64,000 nt of DNA from the human T2T-CHM13v2.0 reference genome, Homo sapiens: NCBI RefSeq assembly GCF_009914755.1, contig NC_060925.1; one strand, 5' to 3'. The notes under the pieces were generated by a model. The model worked only from the letters and a program-made list of their open reading frames with translations. It was not told where the DNA came from and ran no database searches. The translations under genes and the position numbers were made by a program. Below are positions 28,875-45,440 of this stretch, piece after piece (the stretch's first letter is position 1; each line of letters opens with the position of its first letter).

Positions 28875-29614
28875 TACCACATTATTAGGAAACACTATCC
28901 CCTCATTACAAGTTTATTTTTCTTCTTAAGTTTCAACATTTTTTGAGAGAAGGCAGAAATTCAAGTTGTTTCTACAAAGGGAATTAAGATCCAGTTTGAG
29001 AAAAGATGACTGAAAATTTGCCTTAGGAAGTTAGAATCAGTTTTCCTTATTTTTTCTTTCTGTAGGCTAAAAAATTAACTTGAAAATTTAAGAAATGTCA
29101 GAATCTAATGTTTGATTTTTTTTTTCACCAGAGATAAAACTGGTTTGAGTTTGACATAACTTTAAGCTAATTCAGTTTGAATAATTTATAATAATGAATA
29201 ATTCAGGAATGTCAGAGTCTTAGAATCTCTACATTGAAGATGCCTTAAAGATTTTAAATCTTTTTAAAAAAATGTTTTAAAAAATCTTTTACTGAGGTGG
29301 GGTCATCATTAGATGGTGTTTGCTCACTTACTGGGGGGACAAACAGAGTAGAAAATGAAGTAAAAGTTGTAAAATATTTCAAATATGCCCCTTCATATAA
29401 AAATATTCAAACTTAGAAAATATTCCCAGGTTTTAAAAAAACTATTCAGTTTAATGTGTCTTTGTTCCTTCCTAGATCAGTTAGAGTTATTTTACAGTTA
29501 TCTAAATTGAAAATGTTAGAAATAGCTGCCATTTAGAATGAAAATAAAATGAATACATCTAACGCTCAACTTCTCGGAAGCACGTTTGTGGTGTGAGGCT
29601 CACCGTACACCCAC

Positions 29615-29801
29615 CTGAGCATCTTCAAATGTGTATCGTCCAGGTTCCTTCACGTTCTGTGTGGTTTTGTCATAACTCTTGGAATCCAAGTTAATAGCAC
29701 TGGGGGCTCCGGGAGCCAGAAACTCTTGCCATATTTCCTGAACTCTTGAGGGTACTTCTTTAATAGGCCTCTTTTTCAGGTCCTCCACTGCCAGCCAGAA
29801 T
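29615..29801 (-). CDS. RGS7: RGS7 coding exon (187 nt; [10 protein letters not shown]...SAINLDS...YTFEDAQ, RGS domain core)
   Basis: gcatag|ATTCTGGCT...GCTCAG|gtgggt; phase 2/0; ORF track 29600..29788. Confidence 0.97.
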
Positions 29802-29984
29802 CTATGCAGAATGTGAGATCGGGTGTTTACTCTGATGGCCCATCATCTGAAAATTCTTGTGACATTTACGGATCATGCAGTTCATCATGACGACTCACAG
29901 CCAGCTCACTTTCTCTGAGGGCTTCCAGTATCAGGGTGGTACTGACTGTGTTCAAAGGATAATCTTCTTTGGAAGATTATTATG

Positions 29985-30070
29985 AAAAATAATTATTAAT
30001 AAAAATATAAAAATATTAATAAAAATATTTTAAAAATATAAATAAAAAATATTAATAAAAATATAAAGAA
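29985..30070. repeat. AT-only low-complexity repeat (AAAAATATTAAT-like units)
   Basis: Read directly. Confidence 0.8.
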
Positions 30071-31181
30071 ATATGAAAAACTCTCTCTTCTAAGTGTTTG
30101 TTGTTAAAAGCAGATCTGTCAGAGCCCCGTATAACACTGATTTTACCTAAGGAAAGTAGCACTTCTGACTGTTGATTGAAAACAAAGAGGAGTTTGAAGG
30201 GAATTAAAGGTGTGGGACATGGAGCCTCCAATTGGGAGATAAAGCTGTGCATTACACTGTGTTCTTTGGATGTTCTGTCCATTTCAGCAATGGGGGCTAG
30301 TATGGAGAGCCTTTTCTGTTCTAGGTGGTAAGGGAATTACAAAGAAGCTTTGCTGGAGTTAAAAGGGGCCTGGACATAAGATCAGAAAATGCTCTGGCTG
30401 GAAAAATAAAAACAATTAACTAATGTTAAGGTAATTTAATTGAGAGAGTTATGGAATGACCAAAGCAGCAAGCTTTCACATGGAATTATTTGAAAAGTTG
30501 AAATGTGTAGAGGCATCATTGCAATTCAGAAGCCACGGAATAATATATACTGACTTACTTCTGAAGATAGACTTATTTATACCATATGTATACTGAAAGA
30601 ACCTGGGAGTGTGTTTTGGTTGATAATAGCAAGTGGTAAAGTCTAGTGAGAAGGGGCCACATTGTATTAATCGGTTGCATTTCTTCAATATTTTGCTCTA
30701 GGCTAGAGCTTGCTGGTTAGATCTCTAGAAATAATGTTTAAAAGATAAATGAGTATATCATAATTTGTTAATAGAAACAAACACTCTACTAGAAAAAGGA
30801 GCTGCTAGGACTGTGTTATCCTCCATAAACACTCTTACTGCTCTAATAGTAGACGAAGTCAAAGAAAGGCAAAGAGGGCCACAGAGACAGCAAACTTCAG
30901 GCTACAGAGTCTTAAGAGAGGCACAGGTGATCAGCAGTACCTTCGTAACTACTAAGCTTTAACTTGACCATTAATAAATAATCAGAAATCAGTAATGAAG
31001 TGCATGAGCTAGAATTAGAATATCAACTACTACTCAGTCTAGTGATTTTTGAGTTTTCATTTCCAGATTTTGTTTTTTTATAGATATATGTAGCAGAGGA
31101 TAATCTAAGTTTGACAACGCCTCAAACAGGAAACTACCACCATGACTTTTAGAAAGGAAGGCTCAAGACCTTTCCCTCTTA

Positions 31182-31529
<348 letters not shown>

Positions 31530-31894
31530 GGGAATACTATGCATAATCCGAGGGAGCAGAAGTGTTGAAATTAACATATGCTCAGGCAAGTTCATGCCAG
31601 CACACTCTGAACACATCAATCAAAACAGTCTCTGTCCTCAAAGAATGAGTAGAGAAAAAGATAAACCATTTAATTGGCCGTAACACCAGGAAGTACATGA
31701 ATGGCTCTCTAGGAAGAGAACGAACTAGACGGTCTGGGAAAGGCAAGCAGGAAAGAGCCCCTCTGCTGGGGCAAGTGCTGGATTGGAAAAGGGGGATCTA
31801 GACAAAGCTATTCTAAATCCAGTGACATCTGAAATGGGCCTGGAAATAAGCATAAAATATAAAGGGGTTGAGAAGTTAATAACCACACCTACAC

Positions 31895-32110
31895 TGTTAT
31901 GTAAGTGCAGGCACTGCTCTAAGTGATTCACCTATATTAACTCATTTAATTCCCACAGTAATTCTATTAGGCAAGTTCTATTATTTCCCTCATTTTAGAG
32001 AAGAGGAAACTAAGCATATGAAGATTAAGTTGCTTATTTAAGGTTGCTCACTATTACTGTCACAGCTGAGGTTTGCTCCCAGAAGATCTGCAGCAGATGA
32101 CATGCTCACA
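31895..32110 (-). mobile_element. MIR SINE
   Basis: actcatttaattcccacag...cattttagagaagaggaaactaagc. Confidence 0.65.
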
Positions 32111-32202
32111 ACCACTCCCTCACACGGTCTTTCTAACAGCATCATTGCCTTTCTTATTCTCACCATTACTGTAATTATTGTAATAGCTTAATAGCATGGA
32201 GG

Positions 32203-32367
32203 AGCCAGGTGCAATGGCTTGCACCTGTGGTCCTAGCTACTCAGGAGGCTGAGGTGGGAGGATCAGTTGAGCCCAGGATTTCAAGGCTGCTATGAGCTAT
32301 GACAGTGTCTCTGAACTGCAGCCTGGGTGTCAGAGAAAGATCCCATCTCTCTTAAAAAAAAAAAAAA
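32203..32367 (+). mobile_element. FRAM/FAM Alu monomer
   Basis: Single right-arm-type monomer with A tail. Confidence 0.85.
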
Positions 32368-33880
32368 TCCTATATCCTTTATTTCATGGTAGCTGGAAGC
32401 TAAGTAAGTATTTTTAATGTCTTTGATTCTTGATTTCCTCATCAGTAAAATGGGATGATAACGCCTATTTCACTGGGTTTCCACTGGATTAATTGGTTTC
32501 CATTGGATTAGTTGATTAAATTAATTCCGTTAATGTATACTAATGATATAAATTATATAGAAGGCACTGAAAAGTACTTGGCATATTTTTAGTCACTCAA
32601 AGATAAAAACTCATGATATTACTATGTTTTCTTAGCACTTGCTCTATGCTATGTGTTTTGCTCAAAAAAAAGAATGAGGGAAATACATCATAAAATTTCA
32701 AGTTTCTGCTCTCTATTAGGGAGAGCAGAGGGTATATTTGAAGCATAAGTAGTTATCGAGAAACAGTGCTTCTTATTTTTTTCCTGTCCTAATATTTGAA
32801 AAAAAATGCTCAGACGAGTGACACACTCACTGATAGCAGGAGGGCAGCTGTTTAGGTAAGATGCACGGAGAGTTATTTTATTTTAAGTGCAATTCACAGC
32901 CCTGTTGACCACTGGACCATTATGTCTCCTTCAGTGTGTGACACAGATATGTCAGTGGAAGCAGAGTAGGGCTCAGATTTGGGGAGCAGTGGACAGTAGC
33001 TTGGTACTGGTTTGTAGGAAACCAAGAATGCCACTTACATGCAATCTGACCTCCTTAGCCACACTTTCTCGGCTTAACCTTCCTCAGCCACGCTTTTCTC
33101 ATCTATAAAATGAGGCAATATTTACATTTTATGTTGTTTTGGTGGTTGGATGTGTGATGATCAGAAATAATGAATGCAAAATATAACAGCATACTTATAA
33201 AAGTAGTAGATATAAAATATATTCTGGTGTCTTGTAGGTATTCAAGAATTAATCTACATCTTTCATTTATCTACTGATCTATACTTACTAAGGAAACATA
33301 TGATAGGCAATATAGTAGATACTCAAGAAATATATGTATATGTGTGTATGTATATAATGTGTGTGTATATATATAAGATAATCTAATATTTCTTAGATAT
33401 AATCACTTAGCCTAGAGTCTAGTACGGCATAGAATGATTAAGATATGAAATGATTAAAGCTTGAACTAAGAAATTGGCAGGAATTCAATTCATGCCTGAA
33501 ACCTAGTATGCACATGCTATCCTCTTTTTCCAAAGGCATCTTCTCTCTTCCTGTTTTGATGGTTTATCTCCTCCCCATTGTCCAGCTCTTAGCCTAGAAG
33601 CGATTTCCCCTAGTATCCCTTCGCTGATCTCTAACTCTGGGCTAGGCATCCCTCTCTGCTTCTCCCAACTAAACACCCATGATTTTGTGCTGTGATTTGT
33701 TTTCTTGTCTGTATCTACCAATAGACTGTAATTTTAATGAGAGAAGGAGATGTTTTTATTTGGCTAGGCGAGGCTGGTAAGGCTTATTACTTATTTATTT
33801 ACTCATGATGATACAAATGATATCAGCATGTTTTCAAAAACTTAGAGAATGAGAGGAATGTCCATCTCCCTAGCCACTAA

Positions 33881-34229
<349 letters not shown>

Positions 34230-35398
34230 TTTTAATGAATTCTTGCACTCAATTATTGACAATGTGACCTAATATAGAAAATGTTATTAGTAGTCTCAAT
34301 ACAGAACTTTAGCAACTTTAGCAGCAAGATCTTGCAAAAGCCCAAGCATGAAGGGTTCCCATAAACTGGAAGGAGAATAGGAAGCTGCATGCCAGCAATC
34401 CATGCCAGGCACACACAGAGAGTTACATTCCTCCGGGTTCTGTCTGTGGTCATTTTGCTTCATCCATGCGACATGTGTCAGCGTCCTACATCTTTCTGAA
34501 TGGTTTGGGATTCCTACCTGTTAAATCTCCTGAAAAGAACGTGACCATGCCTGGCACTACTTCGTTCCAATGAAAATAAATGAATGCAGAGAACTTTCAG
34601 TAAATGAATTTTACAGGACTGCATAAGTCATGGAAAAGTAAAAATTGGGCATCAGCTTTCAAAAGAATAATGAATGAAAGAACTCATGAAACAACAGTCT
34701 TATATAGTGGAAAGTTATCACTCCCTTCAATGATGTTAAATAGAGCTATTAAAATCCACTCTAATGTCTTATATTTAAAAATGCAATTTTCAGATCCTCC
34801 TTATGTTAGCAAGTTTTAAAAATATATAAAGATGATGTTTACAACAGATGGGCAGAATGGGTGTCACTCTCTCACGAACAGCTCAATGCTGTGCTGCTCT
34901 CAATTGCCCTGTGGCTATTATTTAAACATGCAAAGAGAATGAGACAGCCCAATAGTTTGGTTTCAAGTTATTTGATATAGCTGCCCAGTCTCTTCTTCTC
35001 TAACTTGCTTGAGAAGTGATACGCAAAGATAGTCAACAATGACAAATAGGTGATATTTTAATTGAACTTCATAAATGTTATTGGCCAATCTCCACTTTGC
35101 CAAACATTGTTCTCTGTACTGCATTTCTTTACAGAGTCCATTTCAAAGCCACCAAATTTGTATAGTTAAAACATCTGGAGATACAGAGACGGCGTAAAAA
35201 TAAGTTATAAGAAATTGATACGTTGGACAGCCTTTGCCTTGCTATCTCTTTTCCCTTCATTAGGTGGCAGAAATTCAATGGGTTCATGACATCATTATGA
35301 TGTTAGTGGAAGAATAATTGATCTATTACCTCCAAAATAACCAGACACATCACAGACAGTATTTCTCTGGCTTATAAGATCCAAGCAATGTGTTTTAC

Positions 35399-35524
35399 CT
35401 TAAATTTTCCGAGCTGAATTCTGACTCTAGAAATTTAAGGAACTGTTCTCTCCCAACTGGGTCTTTCAATGCCTCGTCCATGCCAAAACCCCATCGTTTT
35501 ACCCTCTGCTGGCTCGGTTCTTTG
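35399..35524 (-). CDS. RGS7: RGS7 coding exon (126 nt; [44 protein letters not shown] domain start)
   Basis: ctatag|CAAAGAACC...TTTAAG|gtaaaa; phase 2/2; RGS-box motif F..FL.SEFS.EN. Confidence 0.97.
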
Positions 35525-35907
35525 CTATAGAAGATAAAACAAAGGCAAATACATTCCTTTCATTAGAATTCCCATTTTTTTGTTATTACATTCCCCTTCA
35601 AAATCATGTGTGCCTCGAAGTTCCCATCTTTACCTTTTCTTTAAAAATATATATATCCGATTAACGGCTCTGCATGAAATCATCGTGTACATTAGTATTA
35701 ATAATAAAGTCTAACATTTATTGAGCATTATGTGCCAGGCACTTTACATAAATGGTCTCTTTTTGTTTTTGCCAACCACTTTATGAGATAGGCACTATTA
35801 ATCTTATTATTTTCTAGATGAGGACAGTGAGGCACAGTATTATCACTTGCCAATGTCAGGCAAGTAATAAGGGGTAAAGAGCCAGATATTCTGACCCCAG
35901 TGCCACA

Positions 35908-36323
<416 letters not shown>

Positions 36324-37079
36324 TAAATCTGTGACCTAATCCCAACTGAGTCACAACATTTTGGGGTTCCAGCTTTCTCATCTATAAAATCTTTAGCTTG
36401 TGGAGGAAGAGTTCTGGGCATGTCCAGTGTTTAAGATTCATGGCTGGATGCAAAAGTGAGAGAGACCAGAAATGCAATCTAGAGAACTGCTAGAAGTGTG
36501 ACAGAGCACCCATCTTTTCTTTGTAAAGTGATACGCCATGATCCTCTTATGAGTCTGTTAAGACTGATGATGTAGTTCTTTCCCTAGATAGCTCATGAAA
36601 GAAACTATGGAGTCCTAAGTGGTGCTTTGCTTTTCTTAGGAAGTGTCTTGCCAGTTTCTCTTACAGTGTCTATGGTAAGCTCATTCTGTCTTAAAATTGA
36701 ATTTATAAAGACATACTTGTGTTGGGCTTAAGTATGTATGGCTTTAGCATTCACTTTACTTGACTACATGAGACTTTGTGGCTACGTGAATTTTCCAGGA
36801 AGATAATAGCAATGAGCTAAATTTCAAGAGCTGAAGATCCTAACTCTGACTAATTGCACCTCTAATTTTGGGACGGTCTTTCCAGCAATGCAAATCTTAA
36901 TGCAAATGCAAATGTCTAAGTTTCAAAAGCCATGATCTCGAACAAGAATGTTAGATATAGGCCAATGTAGATAAAGAACAAAATTACATTCACAATTAGC
37001 CAACAATAAAATCCTTCCCATTTCACTCAGACCCTGAAATAAAGCAACATATGGGCGAGAAAGATAAAATGCCACCTAC

Positions 37080-37190
37080 CTTGCCTCAAGTTCCCAGAAA
37101 GTGGTGTCATCGGACAGCCATGGGTTAGAAGGGTCAGGTGGCAAAAGAAACGGGTCGTATTCTAAATACTGTTCCGTGTAACTTAGTAGA
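37080..37190 (-). CDS. RGS7: RGS7 coding exon (111 nt; [39 protein letters not shown] domain with NPW motif)
   Basis: ccttag|TCTACTAAG...GGCAAG|gtaggt; phase 2/2; the ORF track shows the peptide. Confidence 0.97.
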
Positions 37191-38177
37191 CTAAGGAGAA
37201 AAAACATTTCCAGTTTCTTTAGTTTTCTGACTGGGGTTGCAGCCAGTCCAAAGCAGGGAAAACAATATAAAAATGTGGGACCAAGGAATCCTTGTTCACT
37301 TAAAGCATGAAATCCAATGGCAATCTTCACGCTTCAGTAACTTTCATGCAACAACTTATTGTGCTTCTTGGCAGACAACTGTGGCTAAAGATTCCATCTC
37401 TACCCATGCCTAAGCCATGTAAATCAGTATCCCTTGGTTAACATGAAGCACTATGGAAGAGGTCAGTGTGTGAAGGGCACCGCTAAGAGTCAGTTCCAAT
37501 CTTTGGTTAATCAGTCCACCCACAGCAGAACAGATTTTATCCAACTGAGAGAAGGGCTTAAAAGGGAAATTTTGTCAAAAGTATTTACAGGAATTAAGTA
37601 AAATGGGAGCCACTGACAAGTTTTTTAAATGTATATAAAAATTTTAAAAAGGGAGAAGGGAAAGAAGTTGGGGAGGTAGGATTTGGCAATGCCCAAAAGT
37701 GAAGAATATGAATGGCATTAAGAACAGATTTAAATGAAGCAAAGGAAAATATCTGAAATTTGAGTTTCATTCATATTCTGAAGTCAGGCAGGAACAGTGT
37801 CAATTGTCATTGTTAAAATAAGTTTATAGAGAGGCTCCAGTTTGCCCAAAGGTCATCAATAAATGGAAAGTTTCATGTCTTCCAGCAGGAGTGAAAAGGC
37901 TAGACTCTGCAGAATTATCCTCTATATCTGATTCTTAGTGGAACAAGGACTGGATGTCTAGACATTTAAGACAATTATAATCATTCTGTCATTTAAACTA
38001 CATCAAAAGAGTTCTTTGAAAGTTTTTCTATGTGCAAAAAGGAAAACAAAATCACATTACTTACAGGATTCCAATTATCTGTCCCAACTCCTGTCCCCAC
38101 AGTTCTCTTTCATTTTTAAACACATTTAATTGTCATATGAAATTTTAAAATTTATACAGACACTTTGAAATACTCAC

Positions 38178-38239
38178 CTGTCAGCGACTTTTGACATTTT
38201 TAACCGATGTCTATCTAACTGTATTTGCCAATATTTTAT
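38178..38239 (-). CDS. RGS7: RGS7 coding exon (62 nt; IKYWQIQLDRHRLKMSKVAD[S], GGL domain start)
   Basis: tttcag|ATAAAATAT...GACAG|gtgagt; phase 0/2. Confidence 0.97.
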
Positions 38240-38441
38240 CTGAAAAGAGGGTTAGAGAAGGAGTTACATAAGTAATGACATTTTCACAATTTTCCACTCT
38301 AAATCATGATCAGCTGGGCAATTCTGAACAAGAGTATAGTCTACGTCAGTACAATTTCAAAGTTGGTTAAAAAAATAGAAGCAGAGGGCTCTTAAAGAGT
38401 TAACAAAATGAAATGTTGGAATTTGAACACAATTGATATCA

Positions 38442-38822
<381 letters not shown>

Positions 38823-39778
38823 TTGTAGAGATTTTAAACGTTCATTCATGGTGAATACCTAAATCCAGAATCATACTTCCCTCCAAATTTAGAAAATAAA
38901 TGTATTTATTACTATAATTTCAAAATAAATCCTATCTCCTAATACCAAGAAAGTATCAATGATATGTGTTTTGAGAATAATTTTATCAACAATTCATGAC
39001 AAATGCTCACATGGAATAATCACACACAGAAAACTTTAATTAAAAACCCTCTGAATGACTTTTCCTTCCTGATTATTGTAAATATACTAGAAAAGTATAT
39101 TTTACACTCTTGATAAACTATATTATAATAAAATATCAGAGGAAAAGAGTCAAAATGAGAATAAAGCCCCATAACTGAACCAATCATGAGATTATTTGAT
39201 TTCAGACACTGGAGTTTGCTTTGAAATATTACTTGGAGTCAACACCATTGATCAAATGCTAAAAAAAAGAGGTAGTGTATAGCATGACTCCATGGCTGTA
39301 CGCCAGTGGTGATAAGAAAAAACTTCAAGAGGTAGAGAGAAATCAGCACTGCAGAAAGCGAGAGTAAGCACTCTTGTGAAGAAAATGTCCTATCATTGGA
39401 TGTGGGAAGTGTGACAATGTTCTCAACCTCTTGTCCTCTTACTCTTTAAAACAGAGCTTTGGAGTACAAAGTAACTATTGATGATGGAGTCACTTACAAA
39501 TCAGCATATGTGATTTTTACAATTGGTTAGAGGAACAAGGATTTGGGTAAATAAAGAGTGAGGGGTTTTGAAAACCATTACCATATATTGATACATTTTC
39601 AAGTAATTACAATACTTAAAATTACAACATTTTATTATCTTTTAACTGCAAATCTTCCACATGAAACAGTCAGTCATACAAATAACCTATAAAAATACCC
39701 ACTATTAACATTTACCCTCTGGTTTTCATAGCTGTTACTCTGTAAACCTTTAACAGGTCATCTCATAGGTTGACTCAC

Positions 39779-39877
39779 CTGTTGTTGTAACTCATCTTCT
39801 GTTGGAGGTTTAGTTTCTGGTGTGGGTGTGTGGGTAGGACTGTGACTTCTAATATCATTTTGTAAACCATAGACAGA
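39779..39877 (-). CDS. RGS7: RGS7 coding exon (99 nt; SVYGLQNDIRSHSPTHTPTPETKPPTEDELQQQ)
   Basis: atatag|TCTGTCTAT...CAACAG|gtgagt; phase 0/0; matches the RGS7 linker. Confidence 0.97.
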
Positions 39878-41063
39878 CTATATTAAAATAAAAAATAAAC
39901 ATTTTAGGACAAAATACCGTTTACAGTCACAGACTTTCTAAAAAGTAACTCTAGCATAAATTCAATAAGGTCTCTCAAAGCTTATTTGATTAAGCTTCTT
40001 AACAAAATTCAAAAGGCACTGCTAAGATAAATATCAAATGCATATAAAATAGAAGCACAGCTCGGAAAAAATGTGTAGTTAGATTATTAACTTTGACAGA
40101 ATAATTGGTTATATGTAGAGAGCCAGGTGCATGTGATAAAATTTGAGAGCAAGCTGGGAATACCAAGTTGGAGAATGTCAACACTAACTAACATTTCATA
40201 AGCATTGATTTAAGAAAATAGAGAGGTGGATGAAGAATAGAATAGGAATGCAACAACTCAAAAGAAGATTTAAAAATAACTCGATATTTTACATAGGAAT
40301 TAAATGGGGCACTGAGGAGAGTGACAAGTCAAGAATTCTATTGCTGATTTGATTTCTGATGGTGCAATAGAAGACACCAGGGTACTCCTACTCTCCATAT
40401 CAACAGTGGGTTATTTACTTCACAACACTAGCCTTGCCATTGGGTGCCATTTGCAAACATCAGTGACCCCAGAGGCGTCATGCATCTTCGGAATTCTCAA
40501 TACCCTTGTATTTTTTAATTAACTTGTCAAAAGGTCAGACCTACTACTTAGGAAGACTCTTTTTTGAGAAAGGCCCATTGCTTAGTAAGTATAAATAAAG
40601 ATCTGGTGACTAAAGGGATAAAAAACTATCTGTAACTGACTATGAGACATCTCACGTGCCAACTCAAGGAAGAAGCCAAATTATTTCTTCTTGGATATCA
40701 AAGTATTATTCCTTTAAAATAAAGAATTTAGTGTGTGTTATTGAGCACTTTTTCTTTGGATATGAGCAAGAAGGATGAGGGCATAATAAAACTGCATGAG
40801 CTCCACAAAATTAGTACCAGATAAAGTTTACAAAGACACTTTTGAAATTAGATGAGGTTAGATCCAGATGCCTAATGATGCCAATTTTCAGGCCGGTCAC
40901 CAAGCTTGCCAATATCTCTAAATTCAATGTGTTTTTATTCCTGAACTGCTTTCACTTGGACCTTAAATCCACTTAACACTACGTCTTGACTCTGTATCTG
41001 TCTTGACTCTGTATCTGCACCTTTTGGATGTGGTTTTGCCCTTGTGTCTCCCGCCCTCCGTCC

Positions 41064-41364
41064 TTTTTATTTTTATTTTTTTGAGACAGAGTCTCATTCT
41101 GTCATTCAGGCTGGAGTGCAGTGGCGTAATCTTGGCTCACCGCAACCTCCGTCTCCTGGGTTCAAGTGACTCTCTTGCCTCAGCCTCCCAAGTAGCTGAG
41201 ATTACAGGCACGTGCCACCACACCCGGCTAATTTTTGTATTTTTAGTAGAGATGGGGTTTCACCATGTTGGCCAGGCTGGTCTTGAACTCCTGACCTCAG
41301 GCGACCCATCCGCCTTGGCCTCCCAAAATGCTGGGATTACAGGCGTGAGCCACCGCGCCTGGCC
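41064..41364 (-). mobile_element. AluS
   Basis: Consensus in reverse; TSD CCTCCGTCCTTTTT. Confidence 0.95.
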
Positions 41365-41664
41365 TCCGTCCTTTTTTTGGTGCTCTTATCCTTTCTTTAT
41401 AGATTTTAACTTGGACTTAATCATTGGAATAATCTATTCCCAGACTATCTTGGGTAGGCCTCTTCAGTGTCCTTTCTTGCCCTACCACCAGAACCTTGGA
41501 ACCCAATTCCCATCACTGAGGATATCCATTTCTTTTTTTTCTTTTTTTATAATGCCAAACAAGAGGCAGGAAATGGCCATCCATTTCAACACAAGGATTT
41601 GCTCATATGCTTTGAATTTACTCTGAACAGGACGGAGCTGAATGTCTTAAACTAGCCCTTTTAT

Positions 41665-41930
41665 TTCATTTATTTTTTCACTCATTCATTCATTCATTCA
41701 ACATTTATTGAACACTTACTATATACTAGATATAGTACTAAGCATTAGGGAAATACAAATAAACAAAATAGATGTGCTTCTTTCTGCACTGGGACTCACA
41801 ATCCAGTGGAAGGGAAAGAAGTTACACAGGTAATTACACAAATAAACATATGACTAAAAAAGGGAGCAGTATTATGAAACAAAAAAGAATAACAAGCATA
41901 GGGCCTGGAATATAAAGTGATTTAATTTAC
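41665..41930 (-). mobile_element. L2 3' end fragment
   Basis: (CATT)n caacatttattgaacacttactat L2 tail. Confidence 0.65.
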
Positions 41931-42034
41931 ACTGAAGGAATGGAAATGGCCCAAACTGATACTAGCCATATTTGAACATGATTAAATAAAACAACCTTCT
42001 GAATTCTGAAATAACAGTAGAGGTTGATTTCTTA

Positions 42035-42530
42035 AAAATTATGTGTTATATACATAATGGAACACTATTCAGCCTTTATAGAACAAGAAATTCTGTCATT
42101 TGCAATAACATGGATGAGCCTAGAGGACATTATGTTTAGTGAAATATGCTAGGCAGAGAGGTCTTTACCATAGAATTACACTTATATGTGGAATATAAAA
42201 AAGCTAAAGTAGAGAGTAGAGTGACAGTTACCAGAGGCTGGGATAGGGGGTGAGGAAAAGAAAGCTCTTGGTCAACGGGTACAAAGTTAGTTAGTTAGGA
42301 GGAATAAGCTCTGGTGTTCTATTGGACAGCAAGGTGACTATTGTTAATAATAATGTATTCCATATTTCAAAGTAACTAAAAGAGAGGATTTTAAATGTTC
42401 TTGCCACAAAAAGGATAAATATTTGAGGTGATGAATATGTTGATTACTCTGATTTGTTCATTCCATGGTATATATGTTTATTGAATATTACCCGATAAAT
42501 ATGTGCAATTATTATTTGTCAATTAAAATT
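42035..42530 (+). mobile_element. L1 3' end fragment (L1MA-like)
   Basis: aatggaacactattcagcc...gaaattctgtcatttgcaataacatggatg...ggataaatatttgaggtgatg. Confidence 0.85.
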
Positions 42531-42920
42531 AGGCAACAGAAAGATCACCAATTATATAATAGTTCTACCTTTCAGTATCTGCTAGTTTTTCAACTGTATC
42601 ACCTTAATTTTTGAGAAGAAAAATAAAAAGACTCTGAGACTTGAAGTTTCCATTCTTTTTTAACTTGGTTTAATTATTTAAAGTTTTTAAATAATAATCT
42701 ACAGGTCATATAAACAGTGCTTATAAAAAATAGCTGATGGTTTTAACAGTAAGTTTTTAGGCGAAGATTAAAAAAATAACATAAAAGACTGCTAGAAAAA
42801 CACAGCAATTTGTGGTATCATGAAAGTAAAATGATCTATAAGTTATCTTTTATCTCTACATTTCTATAATGATTTCAACATTTATGCATTTCCTGTAAAC
42901 TTCATAGAGGTCCGATACGA

Positions 42921-43345
<425 letters not shown>

Positions 43346-43947
43346 TCAACATCAGGAAGTCTCCCTTTCACCAATCTGAGTACTGTTCATTTCCTGGGGA
43401 TAGTGATAGCGTTTAACTTTGATTGTTGGCTACAATGAAAACAGCCGAGAAGAATATAATTTTACATATGGGGATTATTTTATGGACAAAGGAGGCAAAG
43501 AGATTAATCCTATTTTGGCAGACAAATTATGAAAATTATTTGCAATGTAAAAGGCTTTGCATGTTTTAGAAAAAAAATGTATTCAAATCGTGGTACAGGG
43601 TGGGGTGGCATAGAACTAGAAACAGGTAAGGTTAGAGAGGAAGAGAAATAAAATCTCTTAATGTCTTAATATTTGCAGCTGGGGAAAATCAAATTAACTA
43701 ATTGAGATCCATTTTTAGTTTTAATAGCAAGATCATTTATTTGCAATGCTTTGGCTTGATTAACACGTTCCTTTATTCCTATGGTGCTAAGACAAGCACT
43801 TTTTCATATGCAGTGCCATCTATTTATTCATTAAATAAAATAGATTCGGCCTCCTACATAAATCTGTTCATGTGTGATTTCCCTTGACATTTTAGAAGAG
43901 AACTAGAAAAATTATCCCGTTTTTTTTTTTAGGCAGGGGGTGGGGGT

Positions 43948-44320
43948 TTGCTATGGTCTGAATGTTTGTGTCTCTCCAAAATTCTTATGTTGAAATCCTC
44001 AACCCCTAATGTGATGGTATTAAAAGGTGGGGACTTTGGGAGGTGACTAGGTATGAGGGTGAAGCCCTTGTGAATGGGATTAGTGCCCTTATAAAGAGGC
44101 CTGAGGGAGCTCGTTTGCCGATTCCACGATGTGAGGACACAGCGAGAAGGCACCATCTTTGAAGCACAGAGTGAGCTCGCGAAAGATATTAAATCTGCTG
44201 GTGCCTTGATCTTGGACTTCTCAGACTCCAGAATTGTGAGCAATACATTTCTGTTGTTTATAAATTACCCAGTCTAAGATATTTTGTCACAGCAACTCAA
44301 ACAGACCAAGAACTAAGTCA
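43948..44320 (+). mobile_element. MLT1A-like MaLR LTR
   Basis: tgctatggtctgaatgtttgtgtc...gatcttggacttctcagactccagaattgtgag... Confidence 0.85.
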
Positions 44321-44632
44321 GAGACAGTAAAATAGAAACCACAAAGTACAAGAAGCCTTTCTGTGTTTCTATGTGAAATGTAATCTCTGGGGCTTTTCTG
44401 ACTGACTGGTGTGGTAGTATTTCTCTTTCTTTCAGGGTTGCTCAGCTGAGCTAGAGAACAGATTGTGACCATATCTGACACAATATGGAGGAAGTCAGTA
44501 CACAGAAAGAAGCAGAGAGAAGGCAACCAGAGAGAGAAATCATGAGAGAGCTGGGTCCACTCACACCTCTGGGCAAGCTTGACCACTGCCTGCCACAAGG
44601 TTTCAGACCATGAATCAGAAAAGTCCCCTCTT

Positions 44633-44936
<304 letters not shown>

Positions 44937-45440
44937 TTATTCATTTTCATTTGAGCAGTTTCTATTGCCTGCACCTTTACTATACCCTTTACTTGACACA
45001 CTTTTGTGTTGTTCTAAGACAAGAGTAGTTTATTCTGTTCAGTAACACATTAAAATTTAAATGTACACATGCTGTATATGGAGTTGAAGACATGTCCATA
45101 TTTTATGCAGAAACAGCTAGAACCACTGGATTATTAATAGCAGGAAAACCAGACAGCTAATTATACATTTGCTGTTGTTTTTCTAGGATGTGCACATTAG
45201 CTTTTCACTGATGCTGTTAACTGTAATATTTAGTGCCATGATGTCCAAATGAAGGTGACAGAGGAAAAAGAGAACAGGATAGGAAATAGCTTACTGTTAT
45301 TTTGAAATATGGGTGCTAAGTTACAGGAGGGAGCCCAAAGTGTGGGTCCAATCACACATACATGCAGATGCTCTTATCATTTCCCTCAGGTTTTGTGACC
45401 TAGGACCCCTCTAGCTATTGTCCTACAGAAGGATACAGCC

